A DNA stretch of 64,000 nucleotides. It comes from Nageia nagi. Its lineage: Eukaryota > Plantae > Pinophyta. The DNA is taken from positions 153,884,001-153,948,000 of the forward strand of contig JBITNC010000001.1 in assembly GCA_050084985.1 (NCBI GenBank), given 5' to 3'. Position numbers and translations under genes: made by a program. This document shows, in pieces, positions 41,015-53,489 of the stretch (its first letter is position 1; every line of letters starts with the position of its first letter). The notes below the pieces were generated by a model that saw only the letters and a list, made by a program, of their open reading frames with translations, searched no databases and was not told the origin of the DNA.

Positions 41015-41989
41015 GAAGGATGCTAACCTAATCCTTCCTCAATTCCAGATGTCTGACTAGTCCAGGCACATAGTATGAATGAGTGCAAAAGTACAACTAG
41101 GAATGCATGTAATTGGGCCTGGTGATACTTAGTCAATTTCCTAAACAAAATTCTTCACTCCAAAGTTGGTCCCATGGTTTTGAATGAGTGCCTCAAGCAT
41201 GCATGAAAAATTATGCGATTAGGTTCAAGGGTGGATCTGAAATGCTTTAGCCAAAAGAGGCTAACTGGATGTACAATGTCCTTGAATCTCCCTTCTTGGT
41301 CACATGATTTGAAGTGGGTGCTTGAGCATGCATAAAAAATGATGTGACTAGGTTCAGGGGTGGATCTGAAATGAATGCAATGTATTTTAATGTCCCTTCC
41401 TTGGTTGCATGTTTCTAGATGGATGCTTAAGCATGCATAGAAAATGATGCGACTAAGAAGAGGGATGAAAATGAGAGATGAAATGCTCAAAAGGGGTGAT
41501 ATTGGGCCAAGTGTTACTTTCTTACCAACTCGCTAAAAGGTCCAATAGGAGGCTTACAAACAAGGTTGCATGGATGGTGGAGGGTGCAAAAGGACCAGAT
41601 AGGAATGGTGTGACTAGGAGATGGGACCAAGGGACTTAGTCAATTTCCAACATATTAGAGTTCTTAACTCCCTTGTTGCATCCTTTTGGATGGGTGCTGA
41701 AAGTACAAGTTTAAATCCTTGCACCCAACCTCTGGCACACTTCCCAAGGTATAAATCTTTGAAAAAAACTTGAAAGAGGTGGGGGCTATCCTTGGTCACA
41801 TGTCCAGGAAGGGGTGTTTTTCTCCTATCTCCCCACACTCTGGCCCTCCAATTTTGCAAACTGAAATGAAGGGGGGTGACTTCCCTTTTATAGCTTTCAA
41901 AGTGAGACATGTGTCATCATGAGATAGGCGCAGGTTGAGGTCCAGTGCATGGGGTTCCACTTGTCACTAACATCCAACACTTAGCCCTT

Positions 41990-42810
41990 TTCCTTCTATT
42001 TTCCTTGGTTGCATGGTTTAGGATGAGTGCAAAAGGACTCACCTCCATCCTTGCAATGAGCCTCAAAGCTCCAAAATTTGGCTAAGTTTCCTTCAAGCTG
42101 GTCACACCCTTTGGGAGGAGTGCAAAAGGACTCGCTCTGGAACATGCAACAGCCTTTGAGGTTCCAAAATATGCTAAGTATGAAATTCTTGGTCGCATGG
42201 TTCCTGAAGAGTGCAAAAGGACTCACTCCAATTCATGCGATAGCCTTGAAGAGTGCAAAAGGACTCACTCCCATGCATGCGACATCTTCAAAATGATGCT
42301 AAGGCTGAAACACTGGTCGCACCCTTTGAGAGGAGTGCAAAAGGACTCAACTGAATACATGTGATAGCCTTCAACAATGATGCTAAGTCGGAAACACTGG
42401 TCGCATGGTTCCCGAGGAGTGCAAAAGGACTCACTCCAATGCATGTGACATCTTCAAAAATGATGCTAAGTCTAAAACACTGGTCGCACGGTTCCTCAGG
42501 AGTGCAAAAGGACTCAACTGAATGCATGAGACATCAAATGGGGACAACAAAAAATGCTAAGTATGAGATGAAACCCAACCTGGTCACACCTTCTCTAGAG
42601 GTTGCAAAAGGACTCCCTCAAAAACATGTGATAGGCTGAAAACATACCTTTTTCTTGCATTTTTTGACATGATGACAAACAAGATGCAAGCTGGGTGAAA
42701 TGCAAAAGGAAGGCCCTCATAAGCCTTCTAAAGTGCATGATGTAAATGACAAAGATAATGCTACATGGATGCATGGTTGAAAGGAGGTGCAAAAGCACTC
42801 TGTAAAAAAC
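41990..42810. repeat. Array of ~55-nt imperfect palindromes centred on GCAAAAG near the unit's 5' end (also ~49560-50250 and ~52690-53295)
   Basis: Units such as ggtcgcatggttcctgaagagt-gcaaaagg-actcactccaattcatgcga (42191-42240), about 9-10 in this copy. Confidence 0.85.
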
Positions 42811-43691
42811 ATGCAATAGGAGAAAAGTACTTGAGAAATGACCCTACTGCTATGAAAATGCAAACTATACATATTTCCAACATCATCCGAAAGGTATGCA
42901 TATTATTGGCAAGATTTCATGCAATCTTTTCTTCCTTTATATTTCTTGAGGGTCCTTAAAATGCAAAACATTTTGGGGTGGTGTTGTGTAGGCACAACAG
43001 GTCCCAATGTTCATAATCTCATCATCATCTGGGAGAGTTTAAATCTCTATCTCATCAAGTGTGGAAGCACCTATAGCTACATTAGCTTGTTCAAGGAACT
43101 GCTCATCAATAGCATCATCATCATCTTCTTCTTCTTCTCCACCATGACATTCTTCATCACTACTTTGGTTCCCTAACTCTTCATTGGAGCCTTCTACTGT
43201 ACGACTGGGTTCCTCATCAGTCTCTTCATCAGAAGAAGAAGTGGAATACTCGAAAGAATCAGAACTTCATTATAGTGGGGGAACCTTTACTATGGACTCC
43301 CCATTAATGTCTTTGTAGATAGAATACTCCCACTTGTCACTGCTCTCATAAAAGTGCTGAAATTTATTGTGATACCAACATTTCGGGTATACCCGCCACA
43401 CAGGGATGCCTTTCTTACCCAAGTGTCTCTCATCTGCAAGCTCTCTAGATCTGAACCTGCCATGCAACAACAGGTACACAAGATAAGAGTTCATGTAAAA
43501 TCTCTTCAAGGAACCAAAGTTAGCCAGCTCATGGCATAGGGCATCAAAAATCACCTTACTCCATCTGATGGCTCTCCCTGAGCCGATTACTACAATAAAC
43601 CCTGTGAACTCTTTTCTGTACTTGGAGTCATTCTCCTGACCCGTGACTATGGACAAGTAAGTGAGCAACTTGGCCACTGTAGGCAAGAATT

Positions 43692-46600
43692 TGTGATGTC
43701 CCATTTGAGCCAATGAACAATTGTATCATGGCCTCTTTGTATTCTAGGTGTTGTTCATGTTCGTGCTGTATATGTGTAACTCAAGAGGGAGCTAATGGTC
43801 TATGGACCCCACTATGAGTCCAGAAATGGGACATCTCCCTTTGAGTAGTGATGTTGTGTGTTGTGATGGGTAATCCCGAATTGTGGGAATCCCAATGTAA
43901 TGTTGTATGTGTGGGTAATCCAAGATTGTGGGAATCCTTGTAACATCCCCTTTAAAAAGGTAGAGTTTGCCACAAGTCTTGGAGAGTTGATATGCTTGGT
44001 TCTTTGGATAGGGCATCTTGTGGGAAACATTTTGATAGGTCACACGACATGGTTTCATCAAGAAATGGAGTTATGGTCTCTTGAAGTTGGCCAACCGGAC
44101 CAGTCTTCCACTTTGTGGCTACCCACGAAAATCTATGAACAGCTCTATATTGTCTCCTTGGAATGTGACGTCCCACTCCTTGGGAGATGAGTATGTTGTG
44201 TTGTGTATTCAATGCATGTAGCAATAGTAATGGGACCGCTTGTCTAAGTTGTAGTGCATGATTCCAAGGCATTGCATATCTAGCTAGTGGATCTTGTGAT
44301 TATGGGTATCCCTAGGCAACATTGAATAGAAAGGCATGCACATGATCCCTAGGTGAGATCTAGAAGATGTTGGTATGTTTTTCTTTTTTTTTCCAAAACA
44401 TGCACAAGACTTGGAGGAAACAACATTACTTGTTTCCGCCTGAAAGGACTAGTTACCCCTAAAGCTCACATGGAATATGGTCTTGATGGCTCATTAGTCA
44501 GAGATGCATATTGTTAACCATATACAAGGGAAATACACGTCAGAGATCCTTTCCTTAGTGAGGAAAGATTGCAAATGTAAACGAAAGCAAAGAAAGATTA
44601 CAAATGCAGGGACAAACATAGGGATAAATGCAATAGAATGCGGGGAAAGGAAAAAACCTATAAGGATGTCACCAAGGATACAGTGTCTCGACAAGTCATC
44701 TTCAAATTCATTAAGGTCGATACACTCACTATCAAGCCGGGCAGCAAATAGCAAATATGCTCAAATCACTACGAGACGAGAGCAAGAAGCTATAAGGTTT
44801 TTATGGAAGACTCAATGGAAAGGGTAAAAATGGAGTGAGGACGTAAGTGCGGTAACCTAACCGAATGATATAAAGACAAGTTGTAGGCCTTAGAATATAT
44901 CCACTTGCGTGCAAACTATGCAAAGAAGGATCAAACTCTTTCACAAAATAATCAATATGCAATTCATAGAAAGAACATTTCAGATATGCATAATCCTACA
45001 AATGATGTTCCTCACAATATAACTTTATGATTTTATTCCTCTAAACAAACACATTCATAATGATTTTCAATAACAAAACATGCATAGAACCCCTTATGTA
45101 GCAATCTTCTATGCAATGGAATGTGAATCTTATGACATGCAAAGGCTCAAAATGATTTTACAAATAAACTCAATAGCCTCAATCTCAAAATGTAAGAACT
45201 CCAATATATGATGCTTTCATTACGTGCAAAAGTCCAATGCAAAAACAATACATAGATCATATGCATAAACTCTTGATGTCAAAATTCCTCATGCAAAAAT
45301 CCCTTATATAAAAATTCCCTTTTAAATGGGCTGAGTGGGGTATAAATAGGCCACTAGAAGTGATGCCCTAAAGGCATCAAATCTGATATGGTGTGCACAC
45401 ACACAACACACATACCAATACAAAATCAAATCATCATGCAAAACTATGTAAATGGCACTTAAAGCTGACAAAATATAAATACTAATGTTGAAATGCATCT
45501 ACTCTACCTCTAATTTATGCAACAGAAAATCAGATATGCAATAAATAGTTTGAAAAGGTCTGACATCTAAATCGGCAGGAGCAAAACTTCATCCCTACAC
45601 CGATCAAAGTCATAAATGATTTTGATAGATTTGATATAGCAGGAGCAAAAACCTCATCACTACAATAGTCAAATAGAAGTAAAATAAAGTCTAACATAAC
45701 CAACACAACCATATGCATGTAAACAAAGAAAAGATTTCGCAGATGAAATCTACTGGTGAATTAGATCTTATTCGATACCGGTGGAGTTCCACTCCTTGAG
45801 ACCATAGGACTCGATAGTCTCCTCCAAGAATGCTACCATCTTCCGTATGCCCCTGGAGATCATGCCAATAGTACTACCATTCTGCTAGAAGTATCCTTCA
45901 ATTTTCTTGGACCTAGCCTGTATCTAGTATTTCCAGATGACCATCCACCTCTCATGAATAATGGGATGCCCTGCCTTCAGCAAGTTGAGATCATCAACTT
46001 CAAAATGCTCCTAGATTGAATTATGAGCCTTTGCCAATACCGCCTCCTTCTTCCTAACATTGTTATCTTCCCCTTAGAAATTAAGCTGATAAAGATATTA
46101 ACTCATTTGTTCCTCGACCTCCTTTCTCAAGGGGACTCTAACTTTCAATGTTGTGTTACACTTCTCGAGTAGTGCATGGTTCAACCAATCATGATGATAG
46201 ATGAACTCATGGAAATAGATCAACTTCTCAGGGTTGTCAGCATGAATGCATTGTAGATGGGAAATGTTGGGAAGATAGCTATCCAACGTGCTAATATGTG
46301 CTGAAATTTGTGCTTTGAGATCCCTGATTTCAATACCTTTAGCAAGGAACTTGTAAATTTGTGAAGAAAAACTATCGATAGCCTCCATCACCTCATTCTT
46401 CAACTACTCCATCAGTTCCCATTCCTCATGGAAGGAAGTCTGCTTCTATAAGTGTAAAGGAGTGGTACTAATTTTTTGGAACTCTTTTATGATCTTCTTG
46501 CTAGCCGTGAGTTCCTTCTTCAACATCTTCACTTCCTTTTTGGCTTCATAGCCTTCCTATTCCATGACTGTGGCATTTTGGGTGACAATATGTTTCCTGG

Positions 46601-49600
46601 ATGTCAACCCTAGCTTAATAGACATCTTGAATGTCTCAATGATGCAATCGTCCGCCCTCTGAGGATGCTTCTCTTTCGAGTAGCAATGAGTAATGGAGAT
46701 CTCCTTTTGAGAGGTGGAGACCAAAGTGTCCACCCTCCGAAACTTCTCCCCATCTAAGAGTTCTTATTCCTCATCCTCAGAACATAGGTCCTAGTCTATT
46801 CATCATGAGTCATAATCATGTTGAGGGATCTAAGGTAGGCAAGATCTGGATGTTCAGTTGCTGGCCGAGGCGAAAGCCTTTGAACCAACAATCTTCCTTT
46901 GTCAATTTTCTTGACCTGTTTCGCTAGAGAGGTCTGAACTATAGCCATTTCCTTGCCTTGATGTTCCTCCTACCATCTCTTCTTCTTCTATTCCTTAGTC
47001 TTTCCTTCTTCTTCATCTCCTCCATTACCTCTTATAGATAAGCCTTTGTTCCGGAGCTGGGGAAATCTCTCATGACTCCTCTTGGTATAGGACTTATGCG
47101 AAGAAGGGGACTTCTTATGTTTGGAAGTAGAGGATTTGGATGCAGCCACCTCTCTAGCGCACTTCTCAATAATCTAGAAGTCCTCATTCGCTAGTGACAA
47201 GTTGATTTTACATACATCTAGGGGGAAACCTTTGAACCAACAATCTTCCTTTGTCAATTTTCTTGACCTCTTTCAATAGAGAGGTCTGAACGACGGCCAT
47301 TTCCTTGCCTTGATGTTCCTCCTACCATCTCTTCTTCTTCTATTCCTCAGTCTCTCCTTTGTCTTCATCTCCTCCATTACCTCCTATAGATAAGCCTTTG
47401 TTCCGGAGCTGGGGAAATCTCTCATGACTCCTCTTGGTAGAGGACTTATGCAAAGAAGGGGACTTCTTATGTTTGGTAGTAGAGGATTTGGATGCAGCCA
47501 CATCAGCATCATGCAGGAAGAAATCTACATGTACACTAATGGCTTGAATAGCTGCATTAGAAATCCTCTTCACAATGGACTCCCCTTTGATATCCTTGTA
47601 GATATTGTATTCCTAGAGGTCGGTTCTCTCATAAAAGTATTGGAACTTATTCTGGTACCACCACTTCTGATATGCTCTCCACACAGGGATGTATTTCTGC
47701 CCCAAGTGTCTCTCATTAGCTAACTCCTTAGATCTTGTTTTGCCATTCAACAATAGATACACAAGATAAGAGTTCATATAGAACCTTTTTGAAGAGCCAA
47801 AATAGGCTAACTGATAGTGCAAGGCATCACTGATTATCCCAACCCATCAGATAGGTCTCCCCAAACTAATAGCTGCAATGAAACTTGTGAAATCCCTCCT
47901 GTACTTAGCATCGTTTTCTTGACCTATCACTCTAAACAAAAGAGTGATCAATTTTGCCACAACTAGCAGGAATTCTTCTCATTGTGCACTAATCAGCCTC
48001 TGTCCTTGAAGATTTTGATAATCTTCAAGTAACTAGGGTCGAATGTAGTCTCCAGGCCGGGCTATGGAATCATGAAATTCTTCAAAATGGGTCAATGTAT
48101 AATCGTCCCCATACCTCTTCTAGGCAAAGGCTGCTTTAATTCCTGCAGGGGAAAAGTCCATGATCACGTTGCCTTCCATTTCCTACAGAACCCTTTTGCC
48201 ATAATCACATTTCCTGGCCACTTCACTACACAAGTCTAGGAAAGGTACTGCAAATGGCATCATGGTGGCATTGAACAATCCACATGTGTGGATGAGCTCC
48301 TTTAATAAGTCCTATTGGCTGATGGAAGACATGGAGGGTAGGGTCAGAATAGGGTCCAAGTTTCCCCAATCTGTATCACCAACGAAAATGTGTTTCCCCT
48401 TGAATTTGGCTTCAAAGAGCTCTGGTTTTTCTTTCTGCTAAAAGTCTCAAGCTTTCCTTCAAAAGCCAAGTCATCTGGCTCTTGGTGACATGCCTCTCAA
48501 ACAACTGGATCTGAACCTTCTTGGCTTTCAACGGGGGTGCTCTAACATTCAAAGCCATGAAAGATATTACTCAACTCCTCTTTCAACTCCAAACATCTAA
48601 CCAATCTAGGCACACAATTTAAGATGAGTGCAAAAGGACTACTTGAAAAGTATGCGGTTGGGCCTAGGGTGGGTTAGTCAATTTCTTGAACACAATTCTT
48701 CACTTTAGATCTGGTCGCATGGTTTTGGATGAATGCTTAAAGCATTGCCTTGAAAGTATGCAACTAGGTCCAAGGGTCAGAATGAAATGCCTTAGCCAAA
48801 AAGGCTAACCAAATATGTAACATCCCCAAAAACCTTCTTTTCCCCTTGGTTGCACATTTTAGAGTGAGTGTCTAAGACTGCATGAGAAATGGTGCAAATG
48901 GGTTCTGAAATGGATATGCAATATTCCCCAATGACCTTCTTTCCTTGGTCACACGTTTTGAGATGAGTGCTCAAGCATGCATGAGAAATGGTGCAACTAG
49001 GAAGAAGAGTGATTATGAAATGAAGTGATTTGAAATACTCGAGGGGGTGGGATATTTATAGGTTTGTGTAACTACCAAGTGTCACCTTCCAACTGGTCCA
49101 TCTAAGGGTCAAATAGAAGTCCAGAAACAAAGTCGCATGTTTCTTGAAGTGTGCAAAAGGACAAGATGAAAATGATGTGACCAAGTCCTTGAGTACTTAG
49201 CCAAATTCCAAGATACTTTGAAGTTGAAACCCTTATCGCACCTTCTGGGATGGATGCTAAAAGCACATGCCTGAATCCTTGCACCTAATTCTTGGAATGC
49301 TTCCCAAGGCCTAAGATCTAAAAAACTTCAAAAAAGTGCAAGTGGTCCTTGATCGCATGTCTAGGAAGTACTTTCTCTTCTATTCTCCCTCACTTTGCCC
49401 CTTGATGAATTTGCAAACTGAATTAAGGGGGCTGACTTACCTTTTATCCCCCTTGGATGGGACACATGTCATTAAAGGATAGGCATAGATGGAGGTTGAG
49501 TGCATGAGCTTCTACTTGTCAATGAAGTTCAACACTTAGCTAATTTTCTCTCTCTATTCTAGTTGCATGGCTTTGGATGAGTGCAAAAGGACTCATCAAA

Positions 49601-51038
49601 ATCCTTGCGATAGCCTTTGATGCTCGAAAAAATGACTAAGTGTCCTTCACCTTGGTCGTACCCTTTTGAAGGGGTGCAAAAGGACTCTTCATTATGCATG
49701 CGACAACCTTAAAGCTCCAAAAACAAAGCTATGAAATCCTTGATCACACTGATTTGGGTGAGTGCAAAACGACTCACTTCAAAATGTGCGATAGCCTTGA
49801 AAATGCTAAGTATGGAGTCTAGTTGCACCGATTTTGTTGAGTGCAAAAGGACTCACTTCAAAACATGTGATAACAAGAAAGATGCTAAGTGCAAGTCATT
49901 TGGCTTGGTCACACCAATTTGAAGAGGTGCAAAAGGACTCCACAAAATACATGTGACAACTAAATGCAACAAAAAATGCTAAGTATGAGAAAATGTCTAG
50001 CCTAGTTGTACCTTTCCTAGAGAGTGCAAAAGCACTCCTTCAAAAACATGCGACAAGTTGAAAATGAGTGTTTTTCCCTTGCATTTTCAACAAAAATGAC
50101 ACATGAGATGCAGATGGGGTTCCTACAACATGGAGATCTTTAGGATGCCTTCAAATGTAAACATGAAAATGATAAAAAATGGAGAAGGTTGACTAGTCGC
50201 ATGGTTTGAGAGGGGTGCAAAAACACTCATTGAAAAACATGCGAAATGCTGGAGAATGCATGATTTTGACTTCAACTACCATGAAAATGCAGTTTAAACA
50301 TGTTCCCAAGATTGGCACTAAAAGATATGCATCTTCTTTGACAAACTTTTCATGCAATTCCCTCTTTAATTTCTTGAGGGTCCTCGAAATGCAAAAAATT
50401 TTGGGGGGGGGGGGGAATTCCAGGGATGAGCTTCTGCCTTCAATGGTCACCAAGGTTCGAGGAGACTCCTTCATAGGAGGGTATTCAAATACTGAGGGAG
50501 TCAGTCTAATCCCACGATTTGGATTTGTATAAAAGGGTTTGGAACCCTAGATCAATTGTGTATCTCCATTGTTCATTCATAATATCTCAAGCCCTACAGG
50601 CAGTTCATCGTGTTCCATCTCATTGTGTTGTTGTATGCATGCGTTAGCCCTTGAGGCATTGTGTTGATGTGTTATATCATTGTATGTTCAATGCTTGTGA
50701 TATATTGGTGTTGGAAGCTTCATACTTGTGTTGTATTGCTTTGTTTACCCATCATTGGTATTCTTGTGTTGTGCATTGTTGTTGTAAGGTATTCGTAGGG
50801 TTTGTTGGGTATTGGGAAAGCCCTAGGGGCTAATGTAAGCATTGTGTCATCATTATTTGGTGTTGTGTGCGATGTGGGGGCTTTGGAAGACCCACGTTGG
50901 TGTTGTGGGGTTGTTGTATGCCCTAGAGGGCAATTGTTGGTGTTGTGTTTGTATTGTGGAGTGGTCGTTTGGTGTTTGAGGGTTGCAGAAACCCTAGTGT
51001 TGTTTGTTTTTGGTTGAGGGTACTTTTGGATCCTAACA
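43692..51038 (+). mobile_element. Solo LTR (family A, mosaic U3) split by copy 3 of the giant unit: parts 43692-44367 and ~50416-51038
   Basis: tgtgatgtccc start, ggatcctaaca end; TSD GAATT/AAATT; reverse-homologous to 34216-35617; the host ORF resumes at ~51044. Confidence 0.8.
44368..50415 (-). mobile_element. Copy 3 of the giant ORF-bearing unit, right terminus lost; ORF relic 48558 to ~45765
   Basis: Begins tgttggtatgttttt on +; colinear with copy 2 up to gcaaaaaattttggg; internal duplication (~46870-47150 vs ~47225-47500) and a ~1 kb deletion. Confidence 0.88.
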
Positions 51039-53489
51039 AAATTGACTATTCTTTGGCCCTGGATGTTCTAATAATCTTCATATAGCCATGGTCGAATGTA
51101 GTCCCTTGGATAGGTAGTGGAATCATGAAAATCCTCAAAATTTGCTAGTGTATAATCATCCCCATATCTTTTCCATCCAAAGGCTGCTTCAATTCCATAG
51201 GGAGAGAAATCCATGATCACATTACCTTCTGTTTCCAAGAGGACTCTCTTGTCAAATTTACATCTCTTGGCTACCTCGTAGCACAAGTCAAGAAATGGTA
51301 CTGCAAAAGGCATCATAGTAGCATTGAAAAATCCACAAGTGTGGATGAGTTCATTTGACAGGTCCTCCTTACTGATGGAGGCTGTGGAGGCTATGGTTTA
51401 GATGGGGTCAAGATTTCCCCAATCTGTATCTCCAACAAAGACATGTCTCCCCTTGAACCTAGCTTCACGGAGCTTTTGTCTTTCCCTTTCTTGAAATTCT
51501 ATCTAGCTCTCTCTCAAAAGCTTGGTCATCTGGTCTTTAGATACATGTCTCTCAAACAACTATCCTTAATCTTTCTTAGCTTTTAGTGGGGGTGGATTTA
51601 CTTTGGAATACATCTTAGAATTCAGAAAAATGATGTAGAAAAGGATAAAAAATGGCTAGAAGTGCTTGAAGAATGCAGCAAGGACTAGTCTGGATACCCT
51701 AAAGAATGCAGCTAGAAAGAGCCAAACATGTAGTTCTAGGTTGTAGGACCTCTAAGAGAATGAATCAAGCCTGCCCTTTTTTATGATATGCATGGAGGGT
51801 GGATGTATGGTAGAGTGCATGACTACCACTTGTCTCTTTCTCTTCTCAACTCCTAGAGTCTCACACTTAGCCAATTTTAGCTTGCTTCCTTGGTAGCACA
51901 GTTTGAGATGAGTCCTTTTTCACTGCATGAAAAGCATGCAACTAGGTCCTGGGTCGCTTAGTCAATTTTAGAGCATTATTACTTCACATCACACTTGGGC
52001 GCATGGATCTGGGTAAGTGGAAAAGCATGTACTGCAAAGCATGTGCCTCAGATTCCAAGGTTCAAAATGAAATGCCTTAGCCAAAATGACTAACTAGATT
52101 TACAAACAAGACCTTAACTCCTTATTCCTCTTTGGTGCACTGATTTGAATGAGTGCAAAAGAATGTGCTAGAATGCATGCACCTAAGGAAAAGGGACTTA
52201 GTCAATTTTCATGCCAATTTGAAGCTCTTGTTTCCTGGCCGCACCCTTTGAGATGAGTGCAAGAAGCATGCACCTGGCCCTCTCTTCTTGAATACCAACA
52301 TTTAGTCAATTTTATTCCTGGGTCAAGATGTTTGGGATTGGGTGCATGGTTTTGGAGGAGTGCCTTTTCATGTTCCTAGAATGGTGCGACTAGCCTATGG
52401 CACACCTCCCAAGACCAAAAATTCTCAAAAATGATGAAAATGACTAAAAAGAATGCACTTTGAAATAGGGCGCATGTTTTGGGGGACGTGCTTTTTCTCC
52501 TTAACTCCACACAGTGCTCCAAACTTAACCTTCCAAATAAAATAACTGAGGCTGACCTTCCTTTTATAGCCTTCTTAGATGGGACAAGTGTCATCTTGTT
52601 ATTGGTGCCCAAGGGGTTCAAATGCATGTATTCACACTTGTTAACATCCAGGCCCAACACTTAGCCAAATTTTATTGCTTGAACTTGGGCACACCGTTTA
52701 GGGGACATGCAAAAGCATGTCCCTCAAAACGTGCGACTAGCCCCTCAAAACGTGCGACTAGCTATTTTGGGACTTTACTTCAAAAAATGGCTAAGTATAG
52801 GACCTCTTCTACCTTGCTCACACTGTTTTGGGGACATGCAAAAGCATAATCCTCAAAGCATGCAACTTGCTCTTTTCCTTGCAAATTGAATGACTTCACA
52901 AAATATGCTAAGTATGGGACATCTACCTCCTTGGTTGCACTGTTTTGGGGACATGCAAAAGCCTCAAAACATGTGACTAAGCCTTTTCTTCATGATTTTG
53001 AAAAAATGTACTAAGTATGAAAGCTCTCATCCCTGGTCGCACCATTTTGGGGACATGCAAAAAGCATGTCCCTCAAAACATGCGACTGGCTGGAAAACAT
53101 GATTTTTCTTGATAATTTGACCAAAATGATTCCAACATGAAGATGCAATGAAAGGGGGATGGGTTTTGCAGCATGAGGGACCTGAAAATCCAAGTTTTAA
53201 GGGCTTAAAATGTAGGTATGAGTATGAAAATGCAGCATGAAGTTGGTCTCACCGTTTAGGGGACATGCAAACGCATGTCCCTCAAGATGTGCAACTAACG
53301 AAATATGCAATTTTTTGATTGTATTTGATCATATGAGTGCAAATTTAACATGTTTCCTATAGCTAGACCATGATACGTGCATTTCCTTAGACAAAATGTT
53401 TTTCATTCATTTGTGCTTGATTTCACGAGGGTCCTCAAAATGCAAAAATTTTGGGGGGTGTTGTGTAGGCACAACAGAGCCTTTGCTCT

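Larger units (their letters stand above)
36148..42999 (-). mobile_element. Copy 2 (uninterrupted, 6852 bp) of the giant ORF-bearing solo-LTR-like unit
   Basis: Minus strand begins TGTTGTGCCTACACAACACC and ends AAAACATACCAA(T)A; perfect TSD GGTCC (36143-36147, 43000-43004); no internal LTR pair, PBS, PPT, gag or pol. Confidence 0.93.
31744..53476 (-). mobile_element. Copy 1 (outer) of the giant ORF-bearing solo-LTR-like unit; ~6.1 kb after removing nested inserts; ORF relic 51613 to 33277
   Basis: Same termini as 36148-42999 (tattggtatgttttt ... gtgtaggcacaaca); TSD GCGCC/GAGCC (1 mismatch); ORF pieces colinear across the insertions. Confidence 0.85.

Noticed and set aside
41990-42810. CRISPR array (also considered for the 30-bp and 64-bp repeats)
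   Set aside because: Repeats are degenerate, spacers are not unique or uniform, there are no cas genes, and the context is eukaryotic TE sequence
36148-42999. Classical DNA transposon (CACTA, hAT, MULE, Harbinger)
   Set aside because: The TSD is 5 bp and the ends are TG..CA with only a ~5-bp inverted repeat; no DDE transposase motif recognised
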